Shown here one piece after another: positions 24,538 to 34,527 of a stretch of DNA of 38,027 nucleotides; position 1 is the stretch's first letter; every line of letters starts with the position of its first letter. Origin of the DNA: Deltaproteobacteria bacterium. Its GTDB lineage: Bacteria; Desulfobacterota; SM23-61. The position numbers were made by a program, and so were the translations under genes. The DNA lies in assembly GCA_016234425.1 (NCBI GenBank), contig JACRCA010000114.1, positions 1-38,027 of the forward strand, written 5' to 3'. Below the pieces are notes generated by a model. That model was not told the DNA's origin. It did no database searches and worked only from the letters and a program-made list of their open reading frames with translations.

Positions 24538-27123
24538 ATGAACCGGCGATATGATCCTCAGAGCGTGGAAAAAAAGTGGCAGCAGATATGGGAAGAACGC
24601 CGGCTCTTCCAATCCGCGGAGGATCCCCAGCGAAAAAAGTATTATGTTTTAGAAATGTTTCCCTATCCTTCGGGGAAAATCCACATGGGGCACGTGCGGA
24701 ATTATTCCATCGGCGATGTAGTGGCTCGATACAAGCGGATGCGCGGATTCAACGTGATCCATCCCATGGGTTGGGATGCTTTCGGGATGCCGGCGGAGAA
24801 TGCCGCGATCCAACATGGCGTTCATCCAGCAAAATGGACTGAGGATAACATCGCCGCCATGAAAAAACAACTTCGGCGGATGGGTTTTAGCTATGACTGG
24901 AGGCGAGAACTGTCTACCTGTGATCCGTCATACTATCGCTGGGAACAATGGCTGTTCCTGAAGATGTACGAGAAAGGACTGGCTTACAAGAAAAGCTCTT
25001 CGGTCAACTGGTGCGAAAGCTGCCAGACCGTGCTGGCCAACGAACAAGTGGAGGCCGGGAGATGTTGGCGCTGCAGCGAAGAGGTGATCCAAAAAGAGAT
25101 GGAAGGATGGTTCTTCAAGATCACGGCCTACACAGAAGAATTACTAGATTATTGTGACAAACTCCCTGGCTGGCCCGAGCGGGTAATTACCATGCAGAAG
25201 AATTGGATTGGTAAATCCGAGGGAGCAATCATTCACTTTCCTCTGGGGGAAAGAGAGGGCTTTATCCCGGTTTTTACCACCCGGCAGGATACGATCTTCG
25301 GGGCAACTTTCATGATCTTGGCCCCGGAACATCCCCTGACCTTGGAGCTTTCGGGAAGAACACCCCAGGAGAGGGAAGTGAGAGAGTTTGTGGAGCGAAT
25401 CAAAAAACAAGACCGGGCTAAGCGTACGGCAGAGGATTATGAAAAAGAAGGACTTTTTATCGGGGCCTTCTGCCAAAATCCTCTCACCGGCAAGGAAATC
25501 CCCATCTTTGTAGGGAACTTTGTCTTGATGGATTACGGCACGGGAGCAGTGATGGCTGTCCCTTCCCATGATCAGAGGGATTTCTATTTTGCTAAGAAAT
25601 TTAACCTTCCCTTAGTGGTGGTCATTCAGCCGGAGGGAGAGCCTTCCTTAAGCACGGAGAGGATGACCGAAGCTTATACGGGAGAAGGTATTTTAGTCAA
25701 TTCCGGTCCTTTCAACGCAATGCCCAGCTGTCAGGCCCGACAAGCCATTGCCAGCTATTTGGAAGAAAAAGGCCTTGGCCAAGGAGCTGTGACTTATCGC
25801 TTGCGGGATTGGGGAATTTCGCGGCAGCGGTACTGGGGAACCCCCATCCCGATCATTTACTGCCAGGAATGTGGAACAATGCCGGTACCAGAAAAAGATC
25901 TGCCAGTAGTACTTCCTCAAGATGTCCAGCTCACCGGTCTGGGAATATCCCCCCTATCTAACGTTCCCGAATTCGTGAACACTTCCTGCCCCCGATGCAG
26001 AAAGCCGGGCAAACGGGAGACGGATACCATGGATACTTTCGTGGAGTCCTCCTGGTACTTTGAGCGCTTCTGCAGCCCGCAAGAGAATCGGGGAATGTTT
26101 GACCGGCAGAAAGTTCATTACTGGATGCCTGTGGATCAGTACATCGGCGGGATCGAACATGCTATCCTCCATTTGCTCTACTCTCGGTTTTACACCAGAG
26201 TCCTCCGGGATTTCGGGCTGGTGAATTTTTCTGAACCTTTTACCAACCTTCTAACGCAAGGGATGGTCGTTAAGGAAACACATTTCTGCTCCCGGGACGG
26301 CTTTCTCTTCCCGGAAGAGGTAGAGGATGAGAAGACTTGCAGAAAATGCGGGCATCCGGTCCAGGTGGGGCGCACAGAGAAGATGAGCAAATCGAAAAAA
26401 AATGTAGTGGAACCCGATTCCTTGATGGATAAATATGGGGCAGACACCGTGCGCCTTTTCTGCCTTTTTGCCTCACCGCCAGAAAAAGACCTGGAGTGGA
26501 ATGAACAGGGAGTAGAAGGATCTTTTCGCTTTTTGAATCGGGTCTGGCGCCTGATGGAGGAATGGGCGGGAATATCAGGGAGGGCGGAATTGCCCCGGAA
26601 GGAGTGGAATCTTCCCGAAGCCCTTCGCCATCTGCGGCGAAAGACGCATCTGACCATCAAAAAGGTTACGGAAGATATCGAAAACCGCTTCCATTTTAAC
26701 ACGGCCATCAGCGCCATTATGGAACTGGTGAACCTCCTTTACCAAGACGAAGGAAGATTGGAGGATAAGACCCCCTTTACTTTAGGGGTCTGGCGAGAAG
26801 CGCTGGAATCGATCGTCATCCTCCTTTCGCCCATTGTCCCCCACATCTGCGAGGAACTCTGGGAAATACTGGGCCAGGCCGAGAGCGTTTCCCGAGTTTC
26901 CTGGCCTGAGTATGAACCTGAAGCCCTAAAGGACGAAGAGGTTCTGATTGTCATTCAGGTGAACGGGAAACTCCGCGGTCGAGTCATGGTGGGGGTTCAT
27001 GCCTCCGAAGAAGAGGTGAAAGAGGCGGTCCTGGCCAACCAGCGAGTTCAAGAATTTTTAAAAGACCAGCCTGTCAAGAAGTTCGTCCTGGTCCCGAAAA
27101 AATTGGTCAATTTAGTCGTATGA
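24538..27123 (+). CDS. leuS: Leucyl-tRNA synthetase
   Basis: ATG 24538 after [24 protein letters not shown] (HIGH motif), KMSKSKKN (KMSKS motif) and CP1/editing region motifs. 861 aa. Confidence 0.95.
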   Translation: MNRRYDPQSVEKKWQQIWEERRLFQSAEDPQRKKYYVLEMFPYPSGKIHMGHVRNYSIGDVVARYKRMRGFNVIHPMGWDAFGMPAENAAIQHGVHPAKWTEDNIAAMKKQLRRMGFSYDWRRELSTCDPSYYRWEQWLFLKMYEKGLAYKKSSSVNWCESCQTVLANEQVEAGRCWRCSEEVIQKEMEGWFFKITAYTEELLDYCDKLPGWPERVITMQKNWIGKSEGAIIHFPLGEREGFIPVFTTRQDTIFGATFMILAPEHPLTLELSGRTPQEREVREFVERIKKQDRAKRTAEDYEKEGLFIGAFCQNPLTGKEIPIFVGNFVLMDYGTGAVMAVPSHDQRDFYFAKKFNLPLVVVIQPEGEPSLSTERMTEAYTGEGILVNSGPFNAMPSCQARQAIASYLEEKGLGQGAVTYRLRDWGISRQRYWGTPIPIIYCQECGTMPVPEKDLPVVLPQDVQLTGLGISPLSNVPEFVNTSCPRCRKPGKRETDTMDTFVESSWYFERFCSPQENRGMFDRQKVHYWMPVDQYIGGIEHAILHLLYSRFYTRVLRDFGLVNFSEPFTNLLTQGMVVKETHFCSRDGFLFPEEVEDEKTCRKCGHPVQVGRTEKMSKSKKNVVEPDSLMDKYGADTVRLFCLFASPPEKDLEWNEQGVEGSFRFLNRVWRLMEEWAGISGRAELPRKEWNLPEALRHLRRKTHLTIKKVTEDIENRFHFNTAISAIMELVNLLYQDEGRLEDKTPFTLGVWREALESIVILLSPIVPHICEELWEILGQAESVSRVSWPEYEPEALKDEEVLIVIQVNGKLRGRVMVGVHASEEEVKEAVLANQRVQEFLKDQPVKKFVLVPKKLVNLVV

Positions 27124-27210
27124 GCTGCGTTGAAAGGTGATAATATTCGAACGAATTTTCCTCCCAGGTCTTTTTGGCCATATCTTTGAATACCCTTTAA
27201 GGAGGTATCC

Positions 27211-29967
27211 ATGGGCGGATGGAAATGGGCGCGTTGCGGAGCAGTGGCCATTGCTCTGGCCATCGGGATTGCCGGATGCGTTTACACACAACGCACAAAG
27301 ATTGCGCCTCCCGTTGTAGCTGCCTTTAAGGGGGAGTCGCGGGTGGATCCATACCTCCTTGATCACCAGCCCCAGACAGTGGCTGTCTTGCCCTTCTCGA
27401 ACAGGACCGATAAGCAAGAAGCCTTCGACATAGTTCGTAAATCCTTCCAGGGACATTTCAGCAGATTGAATTATACCACCATGCCTTTATTCAAAGTGGA
27501 TGACTCTCTCAATAAAGCCGGCTTAGATACTCCGGAAAAAGTTGCCCAGGCTTCGCCGCAAAGACTTCGAGAAATTCTAAAAGCTGATGCGGTCATCCGG
27601 GGAGATATCACCCATTACGAGCGAGTTTTTGTGGGGGTTTACTCCCAAGTAGCCGTAGGGGCTGAAGTTCGGATGGTCGAAGGAAAATCAGGGAAAGAAC
27701 TCTGGTGGGCCAAAGATGTTTCTCGTAAACATGCCGGAGGGATATCCACAACGCCAGTCGGGTTGATCTTAACCGCCGTCGCCACTGCCCTGAATATAAG
27801 GGAGATTGAGCTACTCCGTTCCTCAGATGATCTCTTCCGAGATATGGTCAAAACCATCCCTCAACCCACGCTGGCCCAAGCCCTGAGGCCCCCGAACATT
27901 ACCATATTAGTGCACGATGGAATGAGGCGTTCGGATAAATACGCCAATAAAGTAGGGGATGTCATTAAGGTAGCCATGGAGGGAGACCCAAGGATGAGGG
28001 CTTTCTTCGGGATCGGGGATTTCAAAAAGGACGTTCCTCTTAAGGAAGGAGAGCCAGGCGTCTACGTGGGAAGTTATAAGGTTATGCCCAGAGACAATGC
28101 CGAGGATGCGCTCATCACAGGAACGCTCATGAATGATGCCGGCAGTTCTACAGATTGGGTAGATGTACTGGGTCCAGTAACCATCGACACCACGCCGCCG
28201 GAAATGCCCGGGGGATTAAGAGCCCTTGGAAGGGACAGAATGGTGGATTTGAGCTGGTCGAAGAGCGTAGACAAAGACATCGCCAAGTATAAAATTTATA
28301 GGAGCGGTACCCCTCTGACCGGATACCAGGAAGTGGCGACAACTGAATTAACCGCTTTCCATGATAAGAACCTGAAGAATGAAATGAGTTATTATTACAA
28401 AGTTTCCGCCGTAGACTTGGCCGGCAACGAAAGTAAACTTTCGGACCTAACCAAAGCAACGACTGTGACGCCTGGCCCAACTCCTGTTCAGGGGATGATC
28501 TTAGGAGAAACAACCTGGTACGCCGGAGCGAGTCCTTACATTATAGAAGGGCAGGTCTTGGTGGGCCAAAAGGCTACCCTGTTCATCGAACCGGGAACCA
28601 TCATTCGCTCCAAGGGCGAAGGGATTTCTGTCCTCGGGAAATTGATCGCCAAGGGTGATCAAAACAGCCTGATCACCCTGGAAGCGGCAGCGCCGGAGAA
28701 GCCTTGGAAGGGGATTGTTTTTGATGGAACGAAAAATGAAGAAAGCGCCATCGAATATGCCAAAATCAGGGGGGCGGTTGCCGGGATTACCTGCCTTTCG
28801 TCTTCGCCAGTAGTTGCCCACAACGATATTTCCAATAACCAAGTGGGCATTCGGATCAGTGAATCTTTCTCCCAGCCCAAAATTTTGGGGAACACCATTT
28901 CTTCCAATGCGATGGCTGGAGTTGAAGTCTCGGCGGCGGCGACTCCTCATCTGGAAGAAAACGAGATCCGCGGCAACCAAAAGGATGGAGTCTCCAGCCG
29001 GGAAGCCAGGCCGTTGTTGATGAAAAATCGAATCGCGAATAACGGGGAAGTCGGAGTCCGGCTTTTTTCATCAGCGGCTCGTCTGCTCCACAACAACATT
29101 CATGACAACGGGAAATATGAGGTTTACAACGCTCTGGAGAGGGATGTGCATGTGGAGGCCAAAGACAACTGGTGGGGGACAAAGGAGGGTCTGAAGGTTA
29201 TCGGAAAAATTTTTGGTAGAGTGGAATACCAGCGGGTGCTGGACGCTCCCTATCCCCAGGGCAGGCCACTGGACCTTTCTATCCTGAAAAGTCCGCTGAC
29301 TGGCCCAATTGACCGAGACTCTTTCCTGACCTTAGTCAACAGCCCCTACGTAGTGGAGAAGGATGTGATTGTAGAGAAGGGGGCCACTCTTTTCATCGAG
29401 CCCGGGGTAACTCTAAGGTACAACCCGGGAGCTTCGATGGTTGTAAAAGATGGGGGCGTTGATGCCAGGGGGACAGGTGACCAGGTGATAACTTTTACAT
29501 CTAACAGTTCCTCGCCCTCGCCAGGGAGTTACCCTTCTGGGGTAAAGTTTGAACAGCCTTCGAAGCTGGCCAGTTTCTTCCGCTATTGCATTTTCGAATA
29601 CGCTGAGACGGGCTTAGACATTTCTTATGGTGCCCCCGAAATCGATCATTGCTTGATTGCCCATCATTCTCAAGTTGGAGTTAAGGTAGCCAGGGAGGCT
29701 GAGCCCAGAATTTTTTTCAGCACCTTCGCCAAGATTTTGGGGACTGGGGCAGTGGTGGCTCTGGGGGCCTCCAGGCCTAAAATTAACCGAAATAATTTCC
29801 TGGATAACCCATTTGCCATTCAAAGTTTCTCTTCGATTTATTTAGACGCCAGGGAGAACTGGTGGGGGTCGAGTCCACCAAAAGAATCGCTATTTTTGGG
29901 GGAGATCAATTATAAACCTTGGCTAGATGGTCCAGCAGTGGGGGCCTTTCAAGGGAGGAAGCCGTGA
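27211..29967 (+). CDS. 918-aa lipoprotein: DUF799/GNA1162-like N-domain, beta-sandwich, FN3, then two right-handed beta-helix (PbH1/CASH-like) modules
   Basis: Lipobox AIGIAGC after AAGGAGG. TVAVLPFSNRTDKQEAFDIVRKSF...ADAVIRGDITHYERVFVGVYSQVAVGAEVRMVEGKSGKELWWAK is DUF799-like. The FN3-like part is MVDLSWSKSVDKDIAKYKIYRSG...SYYYKVSAVDLAGNES. Two modules carry repeated xNxIxxNxxxGI turns (HNDISNNQVGIRIS, GNTISSNAMAGVEVS, ENEIRGNQKDGV, KNRIANNGEVGVRL, HNNIHDNGKYEV). Each module ends in (D/E)NWWG, at about 29164 and about 29854. Confidence 0.8.
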   Translation: MGGWKWARCGAVAIALAIGIAGCVYTQRTKIAPPVVAAFKGESRVDPYLLDHQPQTVAVLPFSNRTDKQEAFDIVRKSFQGHFSRLNYTTMPLFKVDDSLNKAGLDTPEKVAQASPQRLREILKADAVIRGDITHYERVFVGVYSQVAVGAEVRMVEGKSGKELWWAKDVSRKHAGGISTTPVGLILTAVATALNIREIELLRSSDDLFRDMVKTIPQPTLAQALRPPNITILVHDGMRRSDKYANKVGDVIKVAMEGDPRMRAFFGIGDFKKDVPLKEGEPGVYVGSYKVMPRDNAEDALITGTLMNDAGSSTDWVDVLGPVTIDTTPPEMPGGLRALGRDRMVDLSWSKSVDKDIAKYKIYRSGTPLTGYQEVATTELTAFHDKNLKNEMSYYYKVSAVDLAGNESKLSDLTKATTVTPGPTPVQGMILGETTWYAGASPYIIEGQVLVGQKATLFIEPGTIIRSKGEGISVLGKLIAKGDQNSLITLEAAAPEKPWKGIVFDGTKNEESAIEYAKIRGAVAGITCLSSSPVVAHNDISNNQVGIRISESFSQPKILGNTISSNAMAGVEVSAAATPHLEENEIRGNQKDGVSSREARPLLMKNRIANNGEVGVRLFSSAARLLHNNIHDNGKYEVYNALERDVHVEAKDNWWGTKEGLKVIGKIFGRVEYQRVLDAPYPQGRPLDLSILKSPLTGPIDRDSFLTLVNSPYVVEKDVIVEKGATLFIEPGVTLRYNPGASMVVKDGGVDARGTGDQVITFTSNSSSPSPGSYPSGVKFEQPSKLASFFRYCIFEYAETGLDISYGAPEIDHCLIAHHSQVGVKVAREAEPRIFFSTFAKILGTGAVVALGASRPKINRNNFLDNPFAIQSFSSIYLDARENWWGSSPPKESLFLGEINYKPWLDGPAVGAFQGRKP

Positions 29968-30914
29968 AGCGCGCTTTGACTGGTATTATATTTTTATGGG
30001 TAGTTGCCTGGACGGCGATGATTTGGGCAGGGCAGGGGGAGGTAATCGAGCTTATCGGTAATGGGGAAATCAACTGGTCTCAGGGGATCATCCTTGCCAA
30101 GGGGAGTGGAGCTCCCCCCAAAGAGGCCAAAAATATTGCTCAGGCGCGTTTGCTGGCTGAGCGGGCAGCCTTATCCGATGCCCGGCGCAACCTTCTGGAG
30201 GTGCTCAAAGGAGTGCGCATTGATTCGATGACCAGCGTCGAAAGTCATATGCTCAAAAGCGACCAGATCCGGCTGAGTGCCGAAGGGTTCATCCAGGGCT
30301 CCGCGGAGATGAAGGATCAGAGGAGATACCTTTCTGATGGGGCCATCGAGGTAACCGTGGCCATGAACCTAACCGGAGATTTTTTAGTTTTGATGCTCAG
30401 CCTACCCAAAGAATTGAAAATCACCAAACCCTTTGTAATGGAAAGACCTTCTCCCCAACTACCCCCTGCTCTCCCAGAGAAAAAATTGGAACCGCTTTTG
30501 GAAAGACCAAAAGTCGGGGAGCCAGAAAAGCCGTTGTTGGAAACAAAACCCTCGCCGCCTCTTGCAGATCTTCCGAAATTTACTGGATTGGTAGTCGATG
30601 CCCGCGGTCTCAACATGCGGGCGGCATTGATCCCCAAGATTCTGAATGAGGGCGGTCAGGAGTTGTACCGGGGGCCATATGTTCCCTATGAGAAAGCAGC
30701 CCAAAATGGCCTGGCTCTTTATAGTAAAGATCTGACCGCAGCCCAAACAAACCCCCGAGTGGGGAAAAATCCCTTGACCGTCAAAGGGTTCAAGGTGAAA
30801 CCTGAGAGCCCTTCAGACATCATCTTGAGCGCTGAGGAGTCCAAAAAGGTTGCTCCGTTTACGCAGAAGGGGACCTTCTTGGAAGATTGCCGGGTCATGA
30901 TCGTTTTGGATTGA
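29964..30914 (+). CDS. Exported LPP20-like domain protein with Pro-rich linker and uncharacterised C-terminal domain
   Basis: GTG 29964 (GTGA overlap with the upstream stop) gives a signal-like VKRALTGIIFLWVVAWTAMIWA|GQ. AKNIAQARLLAERAALSDARRNLLEVLKGVRIDSMTSVE...GFIQGS...YLSDGAIEVTVAM has the LPP20-type pattern. Linker: PSPQLPPALPEKKLEPLLERPKVGEPEKPLLETKPSPP. The C-terminal domain begins FTGLVVDARGLNMRAALIPKILNEGGQELY. Confidence 0.6.
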   Translation: MKRALTGIIFLWVVAWTAMIWAGQGEVIELIGNGEINWSQGIILAKGSGAPPKEAKNIAQARLLAERAALSDARRNLLEVLKGVRIDSMTSVESHMLKSDQIRLSAEGFIQGSAEMKDQRRYLSDGAIEVTVAMNLTGDFLVLMLSLPKELKITKPFVMERPSPQLPPALPEKKLEPLLERPKVGEPEKPLLETKPSPPLADLPKFTGLVVDARGLNMRAALIPKILNEGGQELYRGPYVPYEKAAQNGLALYSKDLTAAQTNPRVGKNPLTVKGFKVKPESPSDIILSAEESKKVAPFTQKGTFLEDCRVMIVLD

Positions 30915-30921
30915 GGGGCTT

Positions 30922-31437
30922 TTGCAAAGAGTTTCCGTCTTCATCCTTTTAGCTGTTCTTTCTTCTTCTGCGGGTTGTGGGTACCATTTTGCCGACAGCA
31001 GAAGCGGGCTTCCATCCGGCGGCCGGTCGATTGCCATTTCGGGCTTCGCCAACCAAACGATGCAAACCGGTATTGAGAGCGAACTGACCCGTGCCTTGGT
31101 GGAGAAGTTTATTTCCGCCGGACGATTAATCGTGACGAAGCAAATTTCGGCAGAGGCCTTACTGACGGGGAGTGTCAGATCCTTTGTTATTTCTCCTGTT
31201 ACCGTGACTAGCGGGACTCAGGTGGCCACGGAATACCGGGCCACTCTGACCATCGAAGCGACCCTGCAGCGACAAAGAGATGGGAAAGTCCTCTGGAAAG
31301 GAGAGGTCAGCGAGTGGAGGAATTACCGAGTAGTCTCTGACTTGACTACCACCGAAGCCAACAAGAGGGAGGCCATCCGCCAGATATCTGAGCGTTTAGC
31401 CGAGAGGCTGCATGTGATGGTTTGGGAAGATTTTTAA
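30922..31437 (+). CDS. lptE: LPS-assembly lipoprotein LptE
   Basis: TTG start 4-5 nt after GAGGGG. Lipobox LSSSAGCGYHF. About 170 aa. Conserved position between leuS and holA. Confidence 0.7.
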   Translation: MQRVSVFILLAVLSSSAGCGYHFADSRSGLPSGGRSIAISGFANQTMQTGIESELTRALVEKFISAGRLIVTKQISAEALLTGSVRSFVISPVTVTSGTQVATEYRATLTIEATLQRQRDGKVLWKGEVSEWRNYRVVSDLTTTEANKREAIRQISERLAERLHVMVWEDF

Positions 31438-31475
31438 CGCTGGAGATGCCGAACCAATCTCCCGATTCCTTAGGA

Positions 31476-32525
31476 ATGAAAGCGCAAGAATTTTTCCGAG
31501 ATGTTGAAAGAGGAGATTTACGCCCTTTCTATTACCTCTACGGGCCAGAAAGAGGGCTGATCGAGGAAGCCTTGAATAAAATCAAGGAGAAGGCCCTTAA
31601 CCCGGCAACTCGGGAATTCAATTTCGAGATATTGGACGCCAAAGAGCATACCGAGGAAACCATTCTGGCAAGCTTTCAGATTTTTCCCGTTCACTCTCCT
31701 CGGCGCTTGGTGGTGATTCAGCAGGCAGATCTCATATGGAATAAGGACGCCTCCTCCTATATCGACTATTTCTTAAGTCCGAACCCCCTGACCTGCACCG
31801 TCTTCCTTGGCGAGAAAGCCGACCTGCGGACCAAATTTTTCCAGGCCCTGGGAAAAAAGGGTGCGGCCATCCCCTTCTATCCTCTCTCGGAAGGGGAACT
31901 GATCCATTGGATTCATTCGCAAATAAAGAAGTTGGATCATCAGATATCCGAGGAAGCAGTTGCCCTGCTAATGGAGCGGGTTGGCCCAAACCTGCAAGAA
32001 CTTAAGCTTGAACTCCAGAAATTAGCCTTAAGAAAAAGGGGAAGAGGCCAAATTGCCGAAGAGGATGTGCTTAACTTGACCGAAGATATCCGGAGTGAAA
32101 ATCCCTTCGAACTTCCCCCGGCAGTGGCCCGTTTAGATCTTAAGGGGATGCTTCGCCTTCTGCGGAAAAATTTGCAGCAAGGAGAACCTCCCCTTCTCCT
32201 TTTCTTGCTGATCGTCCGTCAGCTCCGCCTGATCAGGAGGGCGCAAGATCTCAAATCAGGAGGGTGCTCAAAGAAAGAAATAGAGACAAGGCTTAGGATT
32301 TTTCCGCGGAAGGCAGAAGATTTTTGGGAACAGGTCGAGAACTTTCCCCTTTCCTCTCTGGACCAACTTTGGCTCCTTACCTTGGAAGCGGATCAAAAAC
32401 TCAAAGCCAGCTACTTGGAAAAAGGGCTTCTGCTGGAAAAATACCTCTGGGACCTGTACTTCCACGGTTGGGGGGGATGGACAGCCGGCAGGGCAATGAA
32501 TCATCCCCCAGGGCATAAGGGTTGA
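31476..32525 (+). CDS. holA: DNA polymerase III delta subunit
   Basis: LRPFYYLYGPERGLIEEAL N-terminal pattern, about 350 aa, downstream of lptE. Alternative starts at 31422 and 31446 are in frame. Confidence 0.8.
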   Translation: MKAQEFFRDVERGDLRPFYYLYGPERGLIEEALNKIKEKALNPATREFNFEILDAKEHTEETILASFQIFPVHSPRRLVVIQQADLIWNKDASSYIDYFLSPNPLTCTVFLGEKADLRTKFFQALGKKGAAIPFYPLSEGELIHWIHSQIKKLDHQISEEAVALLMERVGPNLQELKLELQKLALRKRGRGQIAEEDVLNLTEDIRSENPFELPPAVARLDLKGMLRLLRKNLQQGEPPLLLFLLIVRQLRLIRRAQDLKSGGCSKKEIETRLRIFPRKAEDFWEQVENFPLSSLDQLWLLTLEADQKLKASYLEKGLLLEKYLWDLYFHGWGGWTAGRAMNHPPGHKG

Positions 32526-32536
32526 CTTTGAGGAAT

Positions 32537-32809
32537 TTAGGCCGGGATCCTCAGGGCGTTAACCTTTTTGGTTAAGCGGGAAATTTTGCGAGCGGCCGTT
32601 TTTTTGTGGATTACTTTCTTTGAGGAAGCTCCCTGGATCGTCGGAATGGCGCCGGCCAAAGTCTCGCGGGCTTCCTCAAGGTTTTTCCCCTCGACAGCTT
32701 TCAATACCTTCTTGGAATAGGTTTTTATGGCAGATTTGATCGTGGCGTTGCGCATCCGCCTTCTTTCGCTTTGACGCGCTCTTTTCAGGGCTGAAGCATG
32801 AGTGGTCAA
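32537..32809 (-). CDS. rpsT: 30S ribosomal protein S20
   Basis: (M)TTHASALKRARQSERRRMRNATIKSAIKTYSKKV..., basic, 90 aa. TTG start preceded by GGAGGT. Confidence 0.9.
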   Translation of the reverse strand: MTTHASALKRARQSERRRMRNATIKSAIKTYSKKVLKAVEGKNLEEARETLAGAIPTIQGASSKKVIHKKTAARKISRLTKKVNALRIPA

Positions 32810-32955
32810 GTTACCTCCTTTTCTTTAAACCCATTTGGTTTTATTAGCAGATAGAATGGCCGGAATGTCAAGTTTTTTATCGGTGGTTTAGGGACAATGA
32901 GACACGGGCTGTTCGATCAAAGCCCCTTTCTCATTTTTGGGGGATGATGAGTTAG

Positions 32956-34527
32956 ATGAGCAGATACAGAAAAATTGCCAGAGCAGCCAGCGTAGTTGGA
33001 GGAGCCACGCTCCTTTCCAGGGTCTTTGGTTTCGTTCGGGATATGGTGATAGCCCAATTCTTTGGGACGGGAATGTCTACCGATGCCTTTTTCGTTGCTT
33101 TTCGCATTCCCAACCTCCTCCGGAGACTGGTGGGGGAGGGAGCGCTCACAGCTTCCTTTATTCCGGTGTATACAGAGTACCTCCACCAGCGCCCCAAGGA
33201 GGAAGGGGACGAGTTAGTAAATACTTCTTTTTCTGTTGGCGCGATCCTTTTGATCCTGGTGGCCAGCCTGGGCGTTATTTTTTCCCCCTGGATCGTTAAA
33301 GTCATGGCCTATGGCTTCACCGAGGAACCTGAGAAATTCAGGCTTACGGTATTGCTCAACCGACTGATGTTCCCTTTTATCTTCTTCATCGGCTTAGCTG
33401 CTTTGGCCATGGGGGTCCTAAACTCTTGGAAACATTTTGCCGCCCCGGCGTTTGCCCCCGTGCTTCTGAATCTATCGATTATCTCCTGCGCCCTTTTCTT
33501 TTCGGGGATCCTTAAGGAGCCTATATTATCCCTAGCCATCGGTGTGATCTTTGGAGGGGCCGCCCAATTCTTCTTTCAGATTCCTTTCATCCTCAAGAAA
33601 GGAATCGTTCCTCGATTTCTCTTCAACCTTTCCCATCCCGGGATGAGGCGCATCGGAGCCCTGATGGCTCCTTCGGTTTTAGGCCTGGCTGTCACGCAGC
33701 TCAACGTGCTGGTGAGTACGTTTTTGGCGTCTTATCTTCCTGAAGGAAGTGTCTCCTACCTTTACTATGCTGACCGGCTATTGGAATTCCCCATGGGAAT
33801 TTTTGCCATCGCCATCGCTACGGCCGTTCTCCCGGCTATGTCGGAATGCACGGCCAGAAGCGATATGGAGGGGTTGAGGGAAACCCTTTCTTTCGCTCTG
33901 CGCCTTGTCTTTTTCGTCACTTTGCCAGCGATGGTAGGGCTCATCGTTTTGCGTCTCCCCATCTTAAACCTTTTATTCCAGCGAGGAGCCTTCGACATCC
34001 AGTCGACCGCCATGACCGCGCAAGCATTGCTCTATTATGCCGTAGGTCTGGCTGCTTTTGCTGGCGTGCGCATCATCGTCCCGGCTTTTTATTCTCTCCA
34101 GGACACGAAAACCCCGGTTAAGGTAGCGTTTATAGCCCTCTTAGCCAATGCCGGCCTTGGTTCCCTACTAATGATTCCCCTGCAACATGGTGGCTTGGCA
34201 TTAGCCACGTCTTTGGCTGCTGGGTTGAACTTCACCTGGCTCATAATTCTGTTAAAAAAGAAGTTAGGGAGGATTGGGGCTTCGAAAATCATTCCGTCCT
34301 TCCTAAAGAACTTGGGGGCTTCTGCTTTGATGGGGGTTGTAGTTTATACATTATCCTATGGCGGTCCATGGGAAACGACTGGAGTAACCGCAGAAAAGCT
34401 AAGCCTTCTGCTGGGAGCCATTTTGTTGGGGATCTTAGTTTATGGAGGTGCAGGTTATCTGCTAAGAAGTGAAGAATTGTATTCTCTGCTGGAGATAATC
34501 AGGAAGAAGATCAGTGAGAGGGCATAA
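32956..34527 (+). CDS. murJ: Lipid II flippase MurJ (MviN)
   Basis: GGATLLSRVFGFVRDMVIAQFFGTGMSTDAFFVAFRIPNLLRRLVGEGALTASFIPVY is the hallmark MurJ N-terminus. 523 aa, polytopic. Confidence 0.9.
   Translation: MSRYRKIARAASVVGGATLLSRVFGFVRDMVIAQFFGTGMSTDAFFVAFRIPNLLRRLVGEGALTASFIPVYTEYLHQRPKEEGDELVNTSFSVGAILLILVASLGVIFSPWIVKVMAYGFTEEPEKFRLTVLLNRLMFPFIFFIGLAALAMGVLNSWKHFAAPAFAPVLLNLSIISCALFFSGILKEPILSLAIGVIFGGAAQFFFQIPFILKKGIVPRFLFNLSHPGMRRIGALMAPSVLGLAVTQLNVLVSTFLASYLPEGSVSYLYYADRLLEFPMGIFAIAIATAVLPAMSECTARSDMEGLRETLSFALRLVFFVTLPAMVGLIVLRLPILNLLFQRGAFDIQSTAMTAQALLYYAVGLAAFAGVRIIVPAFYSLQDTKTPVKVAFIALLANAGLGSLLMIPLQHGGLALATSLAAGLNFTWLIILLKKKLGRIGASKIIPSFLKNLGASALMGVVVYTLSYGGPWETTGVTAEKLSLLLGAILLGILVYGGAGYLLRSEELYSLLEIIRKKISERA

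Noticed and set aside
29919-29963. 15-codon extension of the LPP20-like ORF from ATG 29919
   Set aside because: It would overlap the upstream gene by 49 nt and put a charged segment before the signal peptide. GTG 29964 gives a GTGA-coupled start directly at the hydrophobic N-region. The start remains uncertain.
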